Shown here: positions 38,257-50,611 of the stretch, piece after piece
Layout of the letters: each line of letters opens with the position of its first letter
Numbering within the stretch: position 1 is the stretch's first letter
Source: Octopus vulgaris
Lineage: Eukaryota
DNA length: 64,000 bases
Assembly: GCA_951406725.2 (NCBI GenBank)
Contig: OX597817.1
Coordinates: 12,710,001-12,774,000, forward strand
Reading direction: 5' to 3'
The notes under the pieces: generated by a model
Seen by the model: only the letters and a program-made list of their open reading frames with translations
What the model was told of the DNA's origin: nothing
Database searches by the model: none
Program-made: the position numbers and the translations under genes

Positions 38257-39075
38257 GGATCTTTTCGGTTTGAACGGCAGTTTTTTTTTCTAGTGGTGTC
38301 CTATGAAATTGTCCCCCGAGGGACATATTCATGTGGCACAGAATGTTTTCACCTCAATAGACGTCATTGATTGGTTGAAATTGCCGAAATTGAAAAAAAT
38401 ACAAAAACAACAAATATCTTACAAACTATAGAATTTTCTCAATAAAGCCAAGAGAAAAAGATGTTTTATAAACACATTCTACCAGCATACCAGTATGAAA
38501 TAAAAAGAGATAAGTTTACAGCGAGTTGAGTCAGTAATCCAGATTGCTGTACAGAAAAAAAGTCTCGTCGCATGTATGTAAGCGTGAGTTTGGATAGCCT
38601 GTCCTCAGTACAAACTACCTAACTGTATATAGGTACGTAGACAAGAAGCAACTTGCCAATGACGGATCTTTTCGGTTTGAACGGCAGTTTTTTCTAGCGG
38701 TGTCATATGAAATTGTCACCCATAATTATGACCCTAGTATTGATCTATTGCATTTCAATCTGTTTTAGGGTTAGGGTTAGAGGGGGGAAGGGCATCTTTT
38801 TTTCTTCACAAATGTAAATAAACCCAATATGTTTCTTAAACGAGGGACATTCATATGGCACAGAATGTTTTCACCTCAATAGACGTCACTGATTGGTTGA
38901 AATTGCTAAATTGAAGAAAAACAACAACAAATATCTTTACAAACTATAGAATTTTCTCAATAAAGCCAAGAGAAAAAGATGTTTTATAAACACATTCTAC
39001 CAGTATACGAAGTTTAAAAGTGTTTAGTTACGTGGAAATTATTTTAAAAAACTGCCGGTCAAACCGAAAAGATCC
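38257..39075. mobile_element. Merlin-like MITE (complete copy 38664-39075) preceded by a partial duplicate
   Basis: TIR ggatcttttcggtttgaacggcagtttt at 38257 and 38664, inverse at ~39048-39075. ctttatac occurs at 38246-38253 and 39076-39083. Confidence 0.72.
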
Positions 39076-39724
39076 CTTTATACTTACAGAGAGTACAAAT
39101 TTATTATTCTTAAACAAGAATGTTGTTGATAGTGACTTCAAAGTTTCTGTCAATTAAACATCGTCAGACTGCCGGCGATGGCTCAGATGGTCGAAACTTC
39201 AAAGTCGTTGTCAATAACATTCTTGTTTAGGAATATGGCTCAGTGGTTAAAACATCGGGATCACAATCACGAGATAGTGAGTTCAATTGTGGGATCAGGC
39301 TGTGTGTGGTGTTCCTGAGCAATACACTTTATTTCACATTGCTCCAGTTCACTCAGCTGTGGAAATGAATTGAGACGTCACTAGTGTCAAGCTGTGTCGG
39401 CCTTTGTCTTTTCCTTGGATAGCATCCGTTGCATGGAGAGGAGAGGCTGATATGCATGGGTGACTGCCGGTCTTCTATAAACAACCTTGCCCAGATATGT
39501 GCCTCAGAGGGGAACTTTCTAGGTGCAATCCTATGGTCATTCATGATCAAAGGGGGTCTTTATATATGTATATATATATATGATAAATGCGCCCTTTTAA
39601 AGCCTAGCCAGGCTCATGGGACCGGTTTCCCGGTTTCTATGGCGTATGTGTTCCCCAGCTGGATGGGACGCCAGTCCATCACAGCATTACTCATTTTTGC
39701 CAGCTGAGTGGACTGGAGCAACGT

Positions 39725-40165
39725 GAAATCTCAAAATCCAGAATATAGGATGGTACTTTTCAGAAGGTGACAATGCAAGTCTGGTTTGTTAGAACAATTG
39801 TTGATTTGTCTCCCAACATCATTTCAACTTTCTGCTTAGGTCCTGATATTTCTTAATTTTTATCAATTTCTTTGGTATCAACTCTGTTATCACAAGGAAT
39901 TGTGAAAGATCATGATCTACTGTTTGTTTATTTTGTCCCCTATAATCATATCTGTTCTTCTTGCTGCAATAACATGCTCAGTCTTTATGGGGAAATTCCA
40001 TAAGACCTTGTAATTTTTATTCTCTGTCACAGCCTCTGGTCCATGTTCATATCACTTACCTTTTATTTCAAGACCACTCACCCAGCTAACATTCCAATGC
40101 ACTCTTTTACCTATGCAATCATGCATGCATTTATACCCTTTTTCCACGCTTACTAAGCAAATATG
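39725..40165 (-). pseudogene. Degraded R4/Dong-type RLE domain
   Basis: Minus-strand remnants KVLWNFPIKTEHVIAARRTDMI and KIKKYQDL. Confidence 0.6.
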
Positions 40166-40360
40166 AATTAAGACTTACATATGTTTAATTCTAGAATTAG
40201 ATGTTATACAAGAAAAAATCTTTTTGTGGTGCTTATCACTAAGGCCCTTACCATATCTATTTCCGACAAGATTTAGTTAAGTATTGATTTGAGTTACAGT
40301 TTACAGAGGGATTTCAAATCACAGTTTTAATTCATTGCTTCAAATTCTTGTTTTATTTTT

Positions 40361-40556
40361 TTACTCTTTTACTTGTTTCAGACATTGTGACAGTAGCCAT
40401 GTCAGAGCACTGCTTTTTAGTTGAAGAAATCGACCCCTGGACTTATTCTTTGTAAGCCTGGTACTTATTCTGTCGGTCTCTTTTGCTGAACCGCTAAGTT
40501 ACGGTTCAGTTGTGAAGTGATGGTGGAGGGACAAACACAGACACAAACACACAAAT
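40361..40556 (-). mobile_element. SINE family A 3' part, interrupted by the CR1 LINE
   Basis: Family A tail and body. A matching head remnant lies on the other side of the LINE at ~42864-42889. Confidence 0.75.
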
Positions 40557-42826
40557 ATCGGTTATCAATTGCACTACGGTTATCAATTGCACTACGGAGG
40601 AACCTCTAGGTGACTCTGATCATGCTATGATCATCGCCAATCTGGCTCTTGCGGGCAACAAAAACCTGAACCATCTCCAATCTGCTTCCTTCGATTGGAA
40701 GAGAGCAGATTGGAACCTGTACCACACTGAACTACAGCACCCAAACTGGCGTGAATTCTACAACTCTGGAGATGTGAATACTATACTCCAGAGTATCCTG
40801 GACTCAATATGGGCAGCATGTGCAGCATCAGTGCCACGTAAACAAAAAAAGAAGAACCGCCCCAAAAGGGCAATTTGGGAAACTTCAGCGGTCCGACTTG
40901 CCAGGAGGGAACGTCGGACTGCTGAACGGGAATACAGGTTGCATAAATCAGACACCAACAGGAAGAAGCGGAATAAATCCTCCAACCATCTCAAGCAAGT
41001 GACAAAAAAAGCAGTGCTTGAATTTGAACAGTGCATAGCAGCCAATCCTGACAGTAAGGTTTTCTGGAAATATGTGCACTCAAAGCAGAGACCTCACTCT
41101 CCAGTGGGCCCTCTTCGCAACCCTCACACAAACCAGATCACTGACGACCCCAAGGAATGCGCAGAACTCATTGCCGAGTGCTATGCAAACATATTCACTG
41201 TTGAAAGTCAAGATGTACCATCTTCACCATCACTAACAGCAAACTCCATAACAACTATGGAATTTACACCTGCAATGCTGTGACGTCACCTTCAAAATAA
41301 GCGCAACTATGCCTCCCCTGGTCTCGATGGAGTTACATACCTGCTTCTCAAACGTGGCAGGCACTTCCTTTTACACCAGCTTTCTATTTTCTTCCAGTAC
41401 TGTCTCAACAATGGTGCTACTCCGGAGCAGTGGAAAACTGCCAGTGTCATTCCTCTGTTCAAAAAGGGCGACCGCACATCACCTGTCAACTATCGCCCAG
41501 TCAGTCTCACTAGCTGTATTGCAAAACTGATGGAATCGTGTGTCAGAGAAACACTCTGGAACTTCTGGAGCTCTCACAGTCTCATCCGACCCTCACAATA
41601 TGGATTTGTCCCTAACTCCAGCTGCAGTGACTAGCTTGTCGAGTTCCTTGAGGACATTACTCAGATTACTGACAGTGGCTCATGGGTGGATGTTGTCTAC
41701 CTTGACTTTGCTAAGGCTTTCAACTCTGTGCCACACAAAAGGCTTATGGTGAAACTCTCTGCAATGGGTGTGGGGGATGACCTTTTTAAATGGTTGAAAT
41801 CCTTCATCCTCAGCCGAAAGGAGGTTGTCACAGTTCTAGGACAGCACTCTACACCATATGAGATGTCATCGGGTGTACCACAGGGATCTGTCCTTGGTCC
41901 CCTCTTGTTTGTGGCATACATTAACGACATAGATGCCAATTTAAAGAATGCCACAGTATTGAAATATGCAGACGACATCAAGCTGTACCTTGAAATCAAG
42001 AGGACAGATCCTGATGTCTACAACTCTTTCCTGCAATCAGACCTAGACACAATGCAGCAATGGATCACAGACTGGCAACTGAAACTGGCTGTGGACAAGT
42101 GTACCACCATGCATTTTGGGAGAAAAAACCCTGCGTTCACATACTCCCTCCACAACACTGATATCAAGAAATCCTCTTGCGAGCATGACCTAGGCATCAC
42201 TGTCAGCAGTGATTTGCGTTGGACAAAGCATATCTCTAAGATTGTCAGGAAGGCCGAGGGTGTCTTGGCATCACTCAGCAGGTCTTTTGTTAGCCGCTCT
42301 CCAGCCATCTATTTAAAACTGTATACAGCTATGGTACGACCACACTTGGAATTTGCATCATCAGTTTGGAACCCCTATCTTGCACAGAACATTGACCTCC
42401 TGGAATCTGTCCAGAGACGTGCAACCAAACGCATACCCTCCATCAGACACCTACCATATTCTGAGCGCCTTGTTTCCCTGGGCATGGATTCACTGAAGCT
42501 CCGGCGTCTGGCGACGGACTTGGTAAACACCCACAAAGTTATCAACCACCTCATCAACAACAACACTGAACACCTTTTTGATCTCCATGTGTCTAACACA
42601 CGTGGACATGCCTACAAAGTCAGAAAACAATACAGCTCTCATGACTTTCGGAAACATTTTTTCACGCTCAGAGTTGCTGAAGCATGGAATAAACTGCCTG
42701 CGTCAGTTGTTGACTGCCATGACACTGCATCTTTTAAGGCCCTCATGCTTTCCGAAATCCGCCGAAACTACACCTGATTATATATACACTTTAGATGAGT
42801 TGTAGTGCACCTGAGCACTGTACACA

Positions 42827-42862
<36 letters not shown>
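40557..42862 (+). mobile_element. 5'-truncated CR1-clade LINE; ORF2 (end of APE plus RT) with two nonsense codons
   Basis: GDSDH, YRPVSLTS, QYGF, VYLDFAKAF, GVPQGSVLGPLLF, YADD, TRGH..K...RKHFF..RV...WN.LP. ORFs 40627-41283 and 41686-42777 are in the same frame, with stops TGA at 41281 and TAG at 41632. (TTA)n tail. Confidence 0.95.
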
Positions 42863-42865
<3 letters not shown>

Positions 42866-43099
42866 CACAGAGCCATGCCTGCACCTATAGAAATTGATAA
42901 ATAAAAACAAATTCTAATTTTGAATATAAATAACTTTACTTTTTAAAAACAAGTACATTAAGATTCAACTGTTCATACTTCAAAATTGTCAGTAAAGCAC
43001 AAACACACACAAAAAAGAGAAAAAAAACAAATCTAATTAATTGAATGTGAACGGATGTGATTCTATGATCCAAACAGGCTGCATATGAAATCTAAATGT

Positions 43100-43213
43100 T
43101 TATTTCCACTCACTTATATACCGGATTATGAACTTTGGAGCTTTGTAAATGCCATCAACTTTTAAGATCACACTCAACACATTTGATGGTGATATAATAG
43201 TATCTGGTTGATC
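43100..43213 (-). CDS. CUBN: Cubilin-like gene, probable last coding exon H
   Basis: Acceptor ctttccag|GAT, phase 0. Encodes DQPDTIISPSNVLSVILKVDGIYKAPKFIIRYISEWK-stop (TAA 43102-43100), completing the CUB fold. An alternative donor A|gtgagt exists at 43113. Confidence 0.78.
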   Translation of the reverse strand, partial: DQPDTIISPSNVLSVILKVDGIYKAPKFIIRYISEWK

Positions 43214-43225
43214 CTGGAAAGGAGA

Positions 43226-43283
<58 letters not shown>

Positions 43284-43824
43284 TATTTACATAATGTCCT
43301 GAACTTACAAATTTCATTAGTTTCAACTATATTACATAAAACAAAAACTGAAATTCTAAATAAGTTACAATAAATGATTTTAGAGCTACATTTAATTTGA
43401 TAATCAGTTCACTTCATATCACTGTTATGTTGAATTGTAGGCTGGGTAATATTTCTTTTATTGAATTTGAAAATAGGAGTATCAGTGATGAGTAATCTCT
43501 TTAATGATAATCTTAAGTAGAAGATGATATTATAATTAAGAACTGGAAAAATATGAATATGTTGGTAAAACCCCAAAGTATAGTTTGGACAAATTTTCAT
43601 AATGATCAAGGTTATAAACTATTTTTTAAAAAAATATATAGGATAGGAACTTAAAATTTGAAGTGACATATTAATCTTGCCTTAAAATTTTGCAAAGTCC
43701 TTTCATCTTTTCTTGGTTATCCTCATCATGATAAAATAGTTTGTGCTCAAAAAATCTTAACCACTTCTTAAAAATTTGGAGATTAGCTCAATAGACAGAG
43801 ATACTTAATAAAAAGGAAACTTAC

Positions 43825-44084
43825 TTGTCCACAATAAGAACCGATGAAATTTTGGGGTCCTTTTACACCACTGTAAACACTGACATAATTTGTAGTACAG
43901 CTAACTGTTGTGTTTTTGTCATCCAAACTAATCTGAGAGAAATCCAGTTTTATCTTTCTGCCATGTGGCACGGTAATCTTCCAGACACATTCTGTACTGC
44001 TCAAACTGAAGTTGCTGTTTAGTCTATAATTTGGACTGGCAAATGTTCCGTTCACGGTTGTCAGATTTCCGCCACAACCACTTT
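43825..44084 (-). CDS. CUBN: Cubilin-like gene, exon G (most of the last, CUB27-like domain)
   Basis: Acceptor gacag|AA, donor CAA|gtaagt, phase 1 to 0. Encodes SGCGGNLTTVNGTFASPNY...ECVWKITVPHGRKIKLDF...CTTNYVSVYSG...IGSYCGQ. Confidence 0.9.
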
Positions 44085-44182
44085 CTGTCAATGTGTTAAT
44101 TGGGGAAAATTATAACAAACATTGTAAACATATTGAAAAGAAAAGGCAGAGAGTATTAAATTCAATCCTAAATCTTTGGCTT

Positions 44183-44214
<32 letters not shown>

Positions 44215-44619
44215 ATGGTGGTGGTGGTGGTTGTACAGGCGGCGGTGGCAGAGGAGGAGCAGGAGGGGCAGGAGCAGGAGGAGAAGCAGGAGGAAGAGGA
44301 GCAGGTGCAGAAGGTGGAGCAGGTGCAGAATGAGGAGGAGACTCTGTCAAGCAAAATATCACAATTTATTGCTAAATGGATCTTGTTCAGCACTTGTGCA
44401 ATCAAGACTAAAATAGGCTTTCCAGACAAATTATCTAAATTATTTTACTGCAACTCTAAATATCTCTAACAGAATCATTTTGTTTTATGGTGTGTTATGT
44501 AATTTCTGTCATGCACTTATTGTCAAATTTATACAACCAGATAATTAAATACAGATAACTAAATACCTAACTAGAGAGTAGATATAATTTTAATGATACC
44601 AAGAACCAAATGAAACATA

Positions 44620-46491
44620 TGAGGGGTGTTCATTAATGTTTTCCCCTAACCCACTTCTCAAAGACTGGGATAAACGAAACTTGACATAATTATTATTCTT
44701 TTTCTATATGGCCACCACCAATGGTGACACACTTCTCCATTGTTTTATGCAGCTGTGAAGACCCCATCTGTAAAAGTCGGTAGGTTGTGTCTGGAACAAA
44801 TTCTTTACCTCAGAAATAAGTTCATCATCTAACGGAAGTCAGATGGTGCAAGATTGGAACAGTAAGGGGGATGAGGAAGGATTTCATAGCCACAGGAGTG
44901 TACTGTCATTTGCGCAACATGCACATTGTGAACTGGGGTGTTGTCTTGGAGAAGGTGGACTCCTTTGGTCAGCATGCTATGCCTTTCTGCTTTGATGGCA
45001 TCCTGCAATTTCTGCAGCAGAGAAGCATAATATGCCTCATTAATTATGATGCCCTTTGCCAGAAAATCCATCATCACTACTCCCCACTGGTTCCAAAAGA
45101 CTGTGAGCATCACCTTGCCTGTTGAAGGTTGGACACAAGCATTCTTTGGAGGTTGTGAGTTATCATACTTTCATTGCTTCAACTAGACTTTAGTCTCAGG
45201 ACCATAGTGATGGACCCATGTTTTATCCTGTGTGATAAGTCTGCTGAAAAAGTCCTCCTTGTTTTCTTGGCACATTGCCAAAAGAGCCTGAGAGCAATTG
45301 ACTCATTCCTGCTTCTGAAAATATGTGAGCATCTGGGGAATCCATCATGCAGCCAACTTCCATATGTGCAAATGGTTGTGAATGATTTTTTCCACAGACC
45401 CTACACTTATCTTCATTCCTTAGGCTAGTTGCTGAATGGTTATGCAGCAAACCTCCAGAATGGCAGCTTCCACTTTATGGACGGTGTTGATATCAATGGC
45501 AGAATGTGGTCATCCAGGAATAGTAGTTTCCACCGATGTCCAACCAAATTTGAAAGTGTAATGCCAGTGCTTGACTATGTCGTATGATTGTACATCATCA
45601 CCATGAACTTCTTTCATCTCATCAAAAGCCCCTTTTGGTGTGTAACATTTCAAGTATAGGAACCTGATCACTGATCTGCATTCAACTGCCTCCTTTATAA
45701 TAGCTTAGTCCACTTCAGCAGCCTTAAAAAGCAAACAAATACAAGTGGAAAGCTGCAATTTACAATCATCATCATCATCATCATCGTTTAACGTCCACTT
45801 TCCACGCTAGCATGGGTTGGACAATTTGACTGAAGTCTGGCGAACCAGATGGCTACACCAGACTCCAATCTGATCTGGCAGAGTTTCTACAGCTGGATGG
45901 CCTTCCTAATGCCAACCACTCCGAGAGTGTAGTGGGTGCTTTTACGTGCCATCAGCATGAGGGCTAGTCAGGCGGTACTGGCAGCTGCCACGCTCAAATA
46001 GTGCTTTTTATGTGCCACCTGCACAGGAGCCAGTCCAGCAGCACTGGCAACAACCTTGCTCGAATGTTTTTTTCACATGCCACCAGCACAAGTGCTAGTA
46101 AGGCGACACAGGTAATGATCATGCTTGAATGGTGTTTTCAATGTGCCTACGGCATGGAAGCCAGCTTGTTGCTCTGGCAACGATCTCACTTGTATGGTAC
46201 TCTTAGCACTCCACTAGCACGGATACCAGTCATCGAATTTATTTCGATTTCGATTTCACTTGCCTCAACAGGTCTTCACAAGCAGAGTTTAGTGTCCAAC
46301 AAAGGAAAGGCATGCATAAGTGTACTGGTTACACCCTGGCAAGGTTATGCGCTTGCCGAGTCTTCTCGAGCACAGCATATTTCCAGAGGTCAATGTGACA
46401 TGCAAAGACATGTACCATTATAACAGTACAAGTTCCGTTTTCTGCAATAATCAGAAGTGGGTCAGGGGGAATCTTTAATGAGCACCCATCA
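44620..46491 (-). mobile_element. Mariner transposon with both TIRs and a degraded transposase, carrying a nested SINE
   Basis: TIRs tgaggggtgttcattaa / ttaatgagcacccatca with TA on both sides. Peptides MLTVFWNQWGV, LLQDNTPVH and LPHPPYCSNLAPSDF. Removing the insert (~45764-46400) leaves about 1.25 kb. Confidence 0.9.
45764..46390 (-). mobile_element. Family D element (RTE-related, (GAT)n tail) nested in the mariner
   Basis: (atc)n-gtttaacgtccactttccacgctagcatggg, with repeated gtgcttttatgtgccacc units. Confidence 0.8.
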
Positions 46492-47121
46492 TAACTAGGT
46501 CAAAATCCTGATACTTCATTGATCAGACACACATTCTCTCTTTCTAAGTGTCTTAGAGAAATACTAACTATATAGGTTCTTATGAAGTATTCATATGCCA
46601 ATGCTAAAAGATAAAATATGAATGTCAGAACTTCTTTTGACGCTACCACATTATAATGGAAGCACTCCGTCGGTTACAACGACGAGGGTTCCGGTTGATC
46701 CGATCAACGGAACAGCCTGCTCGTGAAATTAACGTGTAAGTGGCTGAGCACTCCACAGACACGTGCACTCTTAACGTAGTTCTCGGGGATATTTCCTCCT
46801 TTAAATCCTAATATTTGCTTAAAATTTCCTTTGAACTGGAAACGAATAATGATAATAATCAAGTTAAACTAATTGTAAAACTATGTCGAAGGTAATAAAA
46901 AATTCACAATATAAAAAAAAAGACAAGGTTGACTTAGTTAATAAGAGATCATCTGTTGGGTGAAAGATTGTCTAATAAAAACCATTACTATAACCAAACC
47001 TGTCTTTATATATATATATATAGTAACAAAGGGTAAAATTAATTAATTAAGAAATAATCAATAAATTTCACCAAGTAGAATTAGGTATGAAAACAGGACC
47101 GTTATACAGTAAATTTTAGTA

Positions 47122-47358
47122 ATACTAATAAAAAGGGTTCAGCAAAAGAATTGCCTCACCACACACCGAAGTTCAGAAATAGCAGTCAAAAATCTTAGCC
47201 ATTTCTTCTACTTTAAAAAGGGTCTTCCTGAGAAACCATAATACTTGAAGGTTACCTTCAAGTATTATGGTTTCTCAGGAAGACCCTTTTTAAAGTAGAG
47301 GCAATTCTTTTGCTGAACCCTTTTTATTAGTATATATATATATATATATGTATATGTG

Positions 47359-47402
<44 letters not shown>

Positions 47403-48360
47403 CCCAGATAAAAATTCCCCAAAACAGAAAAATAGCTTTTAGCCAACACATAGATACTTGCGCCAACAAAAAAACACCAAACTTCAGGATTTTCCCCCTC
47501 TACCAATTTAGGGACGATACAACCTCGAGACAACGAATAAGTAAAGAAACTCTCTTTATTACAAAATACAGGCCACTTCTTAACGGGTCTACGACAAACA
47601 ATTAATATACCTCAACTTTAGAATAAAAGAAATATACACACACAAATATTACATTCCAAAGAATCCATTACTAATCAGCCCCCAATCACAGCTATACTCC
47701 ATAACATGCCAACTTCAAGTCATACAACACCTCACTACTTTCACCCATTCATATTCTCCCTTCTCTGTTTTTTTCTTCTTCTTCCTCTTCTTCTTCATCA
47801 TCATCATTATCATCATCATCGTCGTCATCATCATCACCACCATCATCATCATCTTCTCCTTCTCCTTCTTCTTCTTCTTCTTCTTCTTCATCATCATCAT
47901 CATCAACATCGTCATCTTCTTCTTCTTCTACTTCTCCACCTTCTACCCCTTAACTTTGTCACTAATGTTTTTTAGTATAACACCTACGCAAATTCCATAA
48001 ACAAGCCTTTCAATAGAAATATTCTCCTGAATTGAACTTCGACTGCTAGCCGCCACTGACCATTCAAAATACGACCATCAGGGCACTCCCAGATTTTCCC
48101 ACCCCTTTCCTCATCAGCCTCCTTCTTCTTCTACCCTACCAAGAACTCACAACGACCTCCAACACACAAGTGCAAACAAGGGAGTCAGAGAAAGGCAGAA
48201 TGCCACTTATATCTGAACACTACTATAGAAATATTCCTTTAAAAAAACTTTTCTTCTAATTTTTCTAAATTTAATTATTTAATCGTTACAGTTGAAAAGG
48301 TCTCAAAATGACCGAAACCGGTACTGAAATGTTCACTATAAAATTATTTTAGCATTTTCT
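47122..48360 (+). mobile_element. Penelope-like element remnant: palindromic junction, GIY-YIG C-terminus, degenerate hammerhead
   Basis: Palindrome 47122-47335. Peptide SQHIDTC...FRIFPLYQ...RISKETLFITKYRPLLN (47400-47600) resembles the PLE GIY-YIG end. cag-TTGAAAA-ggtc..gacc-GAAA-ccgg-TA-ctg at 48288-48327. Confidence 0.6.
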
Positions 48361-49145
48361 ATTTTTGACTTGTTTTTTCATATATATATATATATATATA
48401 TATAAAGCGAGCTGGCAGAAAAGTTAGTGCGCCGGGTGAAATACTTGGTGGTATTTCGTCTGTCGTTACGTTCTGAGTTCAAATTCTGCTGAGGTCGACT
48501 TTGCCTTTCATCCTCTCAGGATCGATAAGTAAAGTACCAGTTTTGCACTGCGTCGATATAATCAACTTAATCCCTTTGTCTGTCTTTGTTTGTCCCCTCT
48601 ATGTTTAGCCCCTTGTGGGTAGTAAAGAAATATATATATTCCAACCCATGCTAGCATGGAAAGCGGACGTTAAACGATGATGATGTATTATATATTATCA
48701 TATAGTTCACTTGAGTAAACTGTAATATCATTATGTAATTAATAAATGCTCTGTAACCTTACAATTTTTTTCAAAGGTTCAGACCCAAAAGAAATAAGCT
48801 CTATAGGGTTGGCTTGCCAAGAAGACACTGCATGAAGTCAAAATACTCAGTGATTTTCCAAAGACATATTGTTACAGGATATTATTTACATTCGTAAAAC
48901 AAGCTACAATGATTCTGTATGTATTTTGTGTGTCTTTGTTTTTAGAAGAGATACACCATATTCCTGCATGTTGTAAGAAGTGACTAATAGAATGGTGCCA
49001 GGAAGAACATCCAGTTCATATACATTGTCTCAAAACATCCCTGCATGGAAAAACATTGTCTCAAAACATGCTAGCATGGAAAAGCAAATGCAAAATGATG
49101 ACAATAATGATTGAATGAATGAACGGAAACATAGTGTAGACTTAC

Positions 49146-49311
49146 CTTTTGTTGTAGAGGTAAATATTAGATGATAACCTTTCTTATTAATGATATTATC
49201 ACTGTAAAAACTCATGTTTATATAATTACTTTCTGTAAATATTGGATCTGGTAACCGATTGTAACAGTATTGTGAAGAATAATTATTTGTTGAGTTGTAT
49301 TGATAGAGAAT
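49146..49311 (-). CDS. CUBN: Cubilin-like gene, exon F (CUB26-like C-half)
   Basis: Acceptor gttttag|ATT, donor G|gtaagt, phase 0 to 1. Encodes ILYQYNSTNNYSSQYCYNRLPDPIFTESNYINMSFYSDNIINKKGYHLIFTSTTK. Confidence 0.88.
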
Positions 49312-49996
49312 CTAAAACGAAAAAATTATTATTTAGAATAAGCAACAGAATTTTAAATAAAATTTTAATTTTAGTCTAGCCTTGATAGAAAACTGAAATT
49401 TTTTTATTTTTTATGCTTTTATATTTTACAGAATTCTGAAGAAGTATTCTTAATTTATTTCAATTTTAATTGCATATATTATATAACTGCATATTAAACT
49501 CTCAGTTTGTTATCTTCTATTTACTGTTGATATAATTGTTGATTGCATCAAAAATTCTTCTCACACAATTTATTCACAATATTAGTTTATATCACGTGAT
49601 CACGTGACCGACCAGACCATCAGATGTTGTTACACATCGCTGGTCACAATGCGTTCGCATTGTTTTAGCCTTCGAATGACGCCACCCCGCTGGCTAAGCG
49701 AGCAGGCCAACTGAAGAAAGAGTGAGAGAAAGAGTGGTGAAAGAGTACAGCAGGGATCGCTACCACCCCCTGCCGGAGCCTCGTGGAGCTTTTTTTTAGG
49801 TGTTTTCGCTCAATAAACACTCACAACGCCCAGTCTGGGAATCGAAACTGCGATCCTGCGACCGCGAGTCCGCTGCCCTAACCACTAGGACATTGCGCCT
49901 CCACATTAGTTTATATATATTCCTTTATTTCAGTTAAACAAAATTAGTAACAACAGCTTAGTCAATTGATATTGTTACTGTTTTTTTCTAGTTTAA

Positions 49997-50216
49997 CCCT
50001 TTAGCATTTAAACCGGCCATACCCGGCCCAAATTTTCTCCTTCTTTTATGTTCAAACCATCCAGATCTGGCCTCTCACTCATATCCTACAATGACATCCT
50101 CAAAATAAACCATCACATCATTGAAACCTCAAAGCTATAAGATAATGCAGGATTAATTCAAAACAATGTGAATGAAAAAGCATTAGATTTGACAGAGTAA
50201 TCTGAACACTAAAAGG
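49997..50216. mobile_element. piggyBac-type MITE
   Basis: TTAA|CCCTTTAG...CTAAAAGG|TTAA. Same family as 59345-59774. Confidence 0.82.
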
Positions 50217-50293
50217 TTAAAACGAAAAAAAAAAAAAGAAATGTGAAACTGCTTAAAGTGATAAATAAGATGAGGTGAAATATAGATATTTAC

Positions 50294-50475
50294 CTGGAGA
50301 TAATCATAGTTACATCTATAATGATACTCAACATTAAAAAAATGAAAGAACAATGAGACTTTAGTGCCCTCTGGTGTGATTATTCTGAAAAAACATCTGC
50401 TAGAGCGTGGATACACATTGGGCCAGCCAGGACTGAAAATTTCTCCATTAGCAGCTGTATAGGTACGATTACAAC
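50294..50475 (-). CDS. CUBN: Cubilin-like gene, exon E (CUB26-like N-half)
   Basis: Acceptor tgccag|GT, donor CAG|gtaaat, phase 1 to 0. Encodes CNRTYTAANGEIFSPGWPNVYPRSSRCFFRIITPEGTKVSLFFHFFNVEYHYRCNYDYLQ. CNR, SPGWP and SLFFH match the cubilin CUB26 pattern. Confidence 0.92.
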
Positions 50476-50611
50476 CTGGCAGAAGGATAAAATAAAGTAA
50501 ATGGTAAAAATTAACAATGGAATTATAAGAAAATTATAATAATTATAATAAAATGTTCATTATAAAAACTAGAATATTAAAAAAATATTGTTAGAATTGG
50601 TGGCAGACTGG

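Noticed and set aside
42864-42910. Apparent splice acceptor for a further cubilin exon (tttctatag|GTGCAGG on the minus strand)
   Set aside because: The downstream bases are a SINE A head remnant running into (TAA)n; no coding potential.
44168-44416. Pro-rich or Glu-rich ORFs next to exon G
   Set aside because: Trinucleotide-repeat tract within the intron, with no splice signals linking it in phase.
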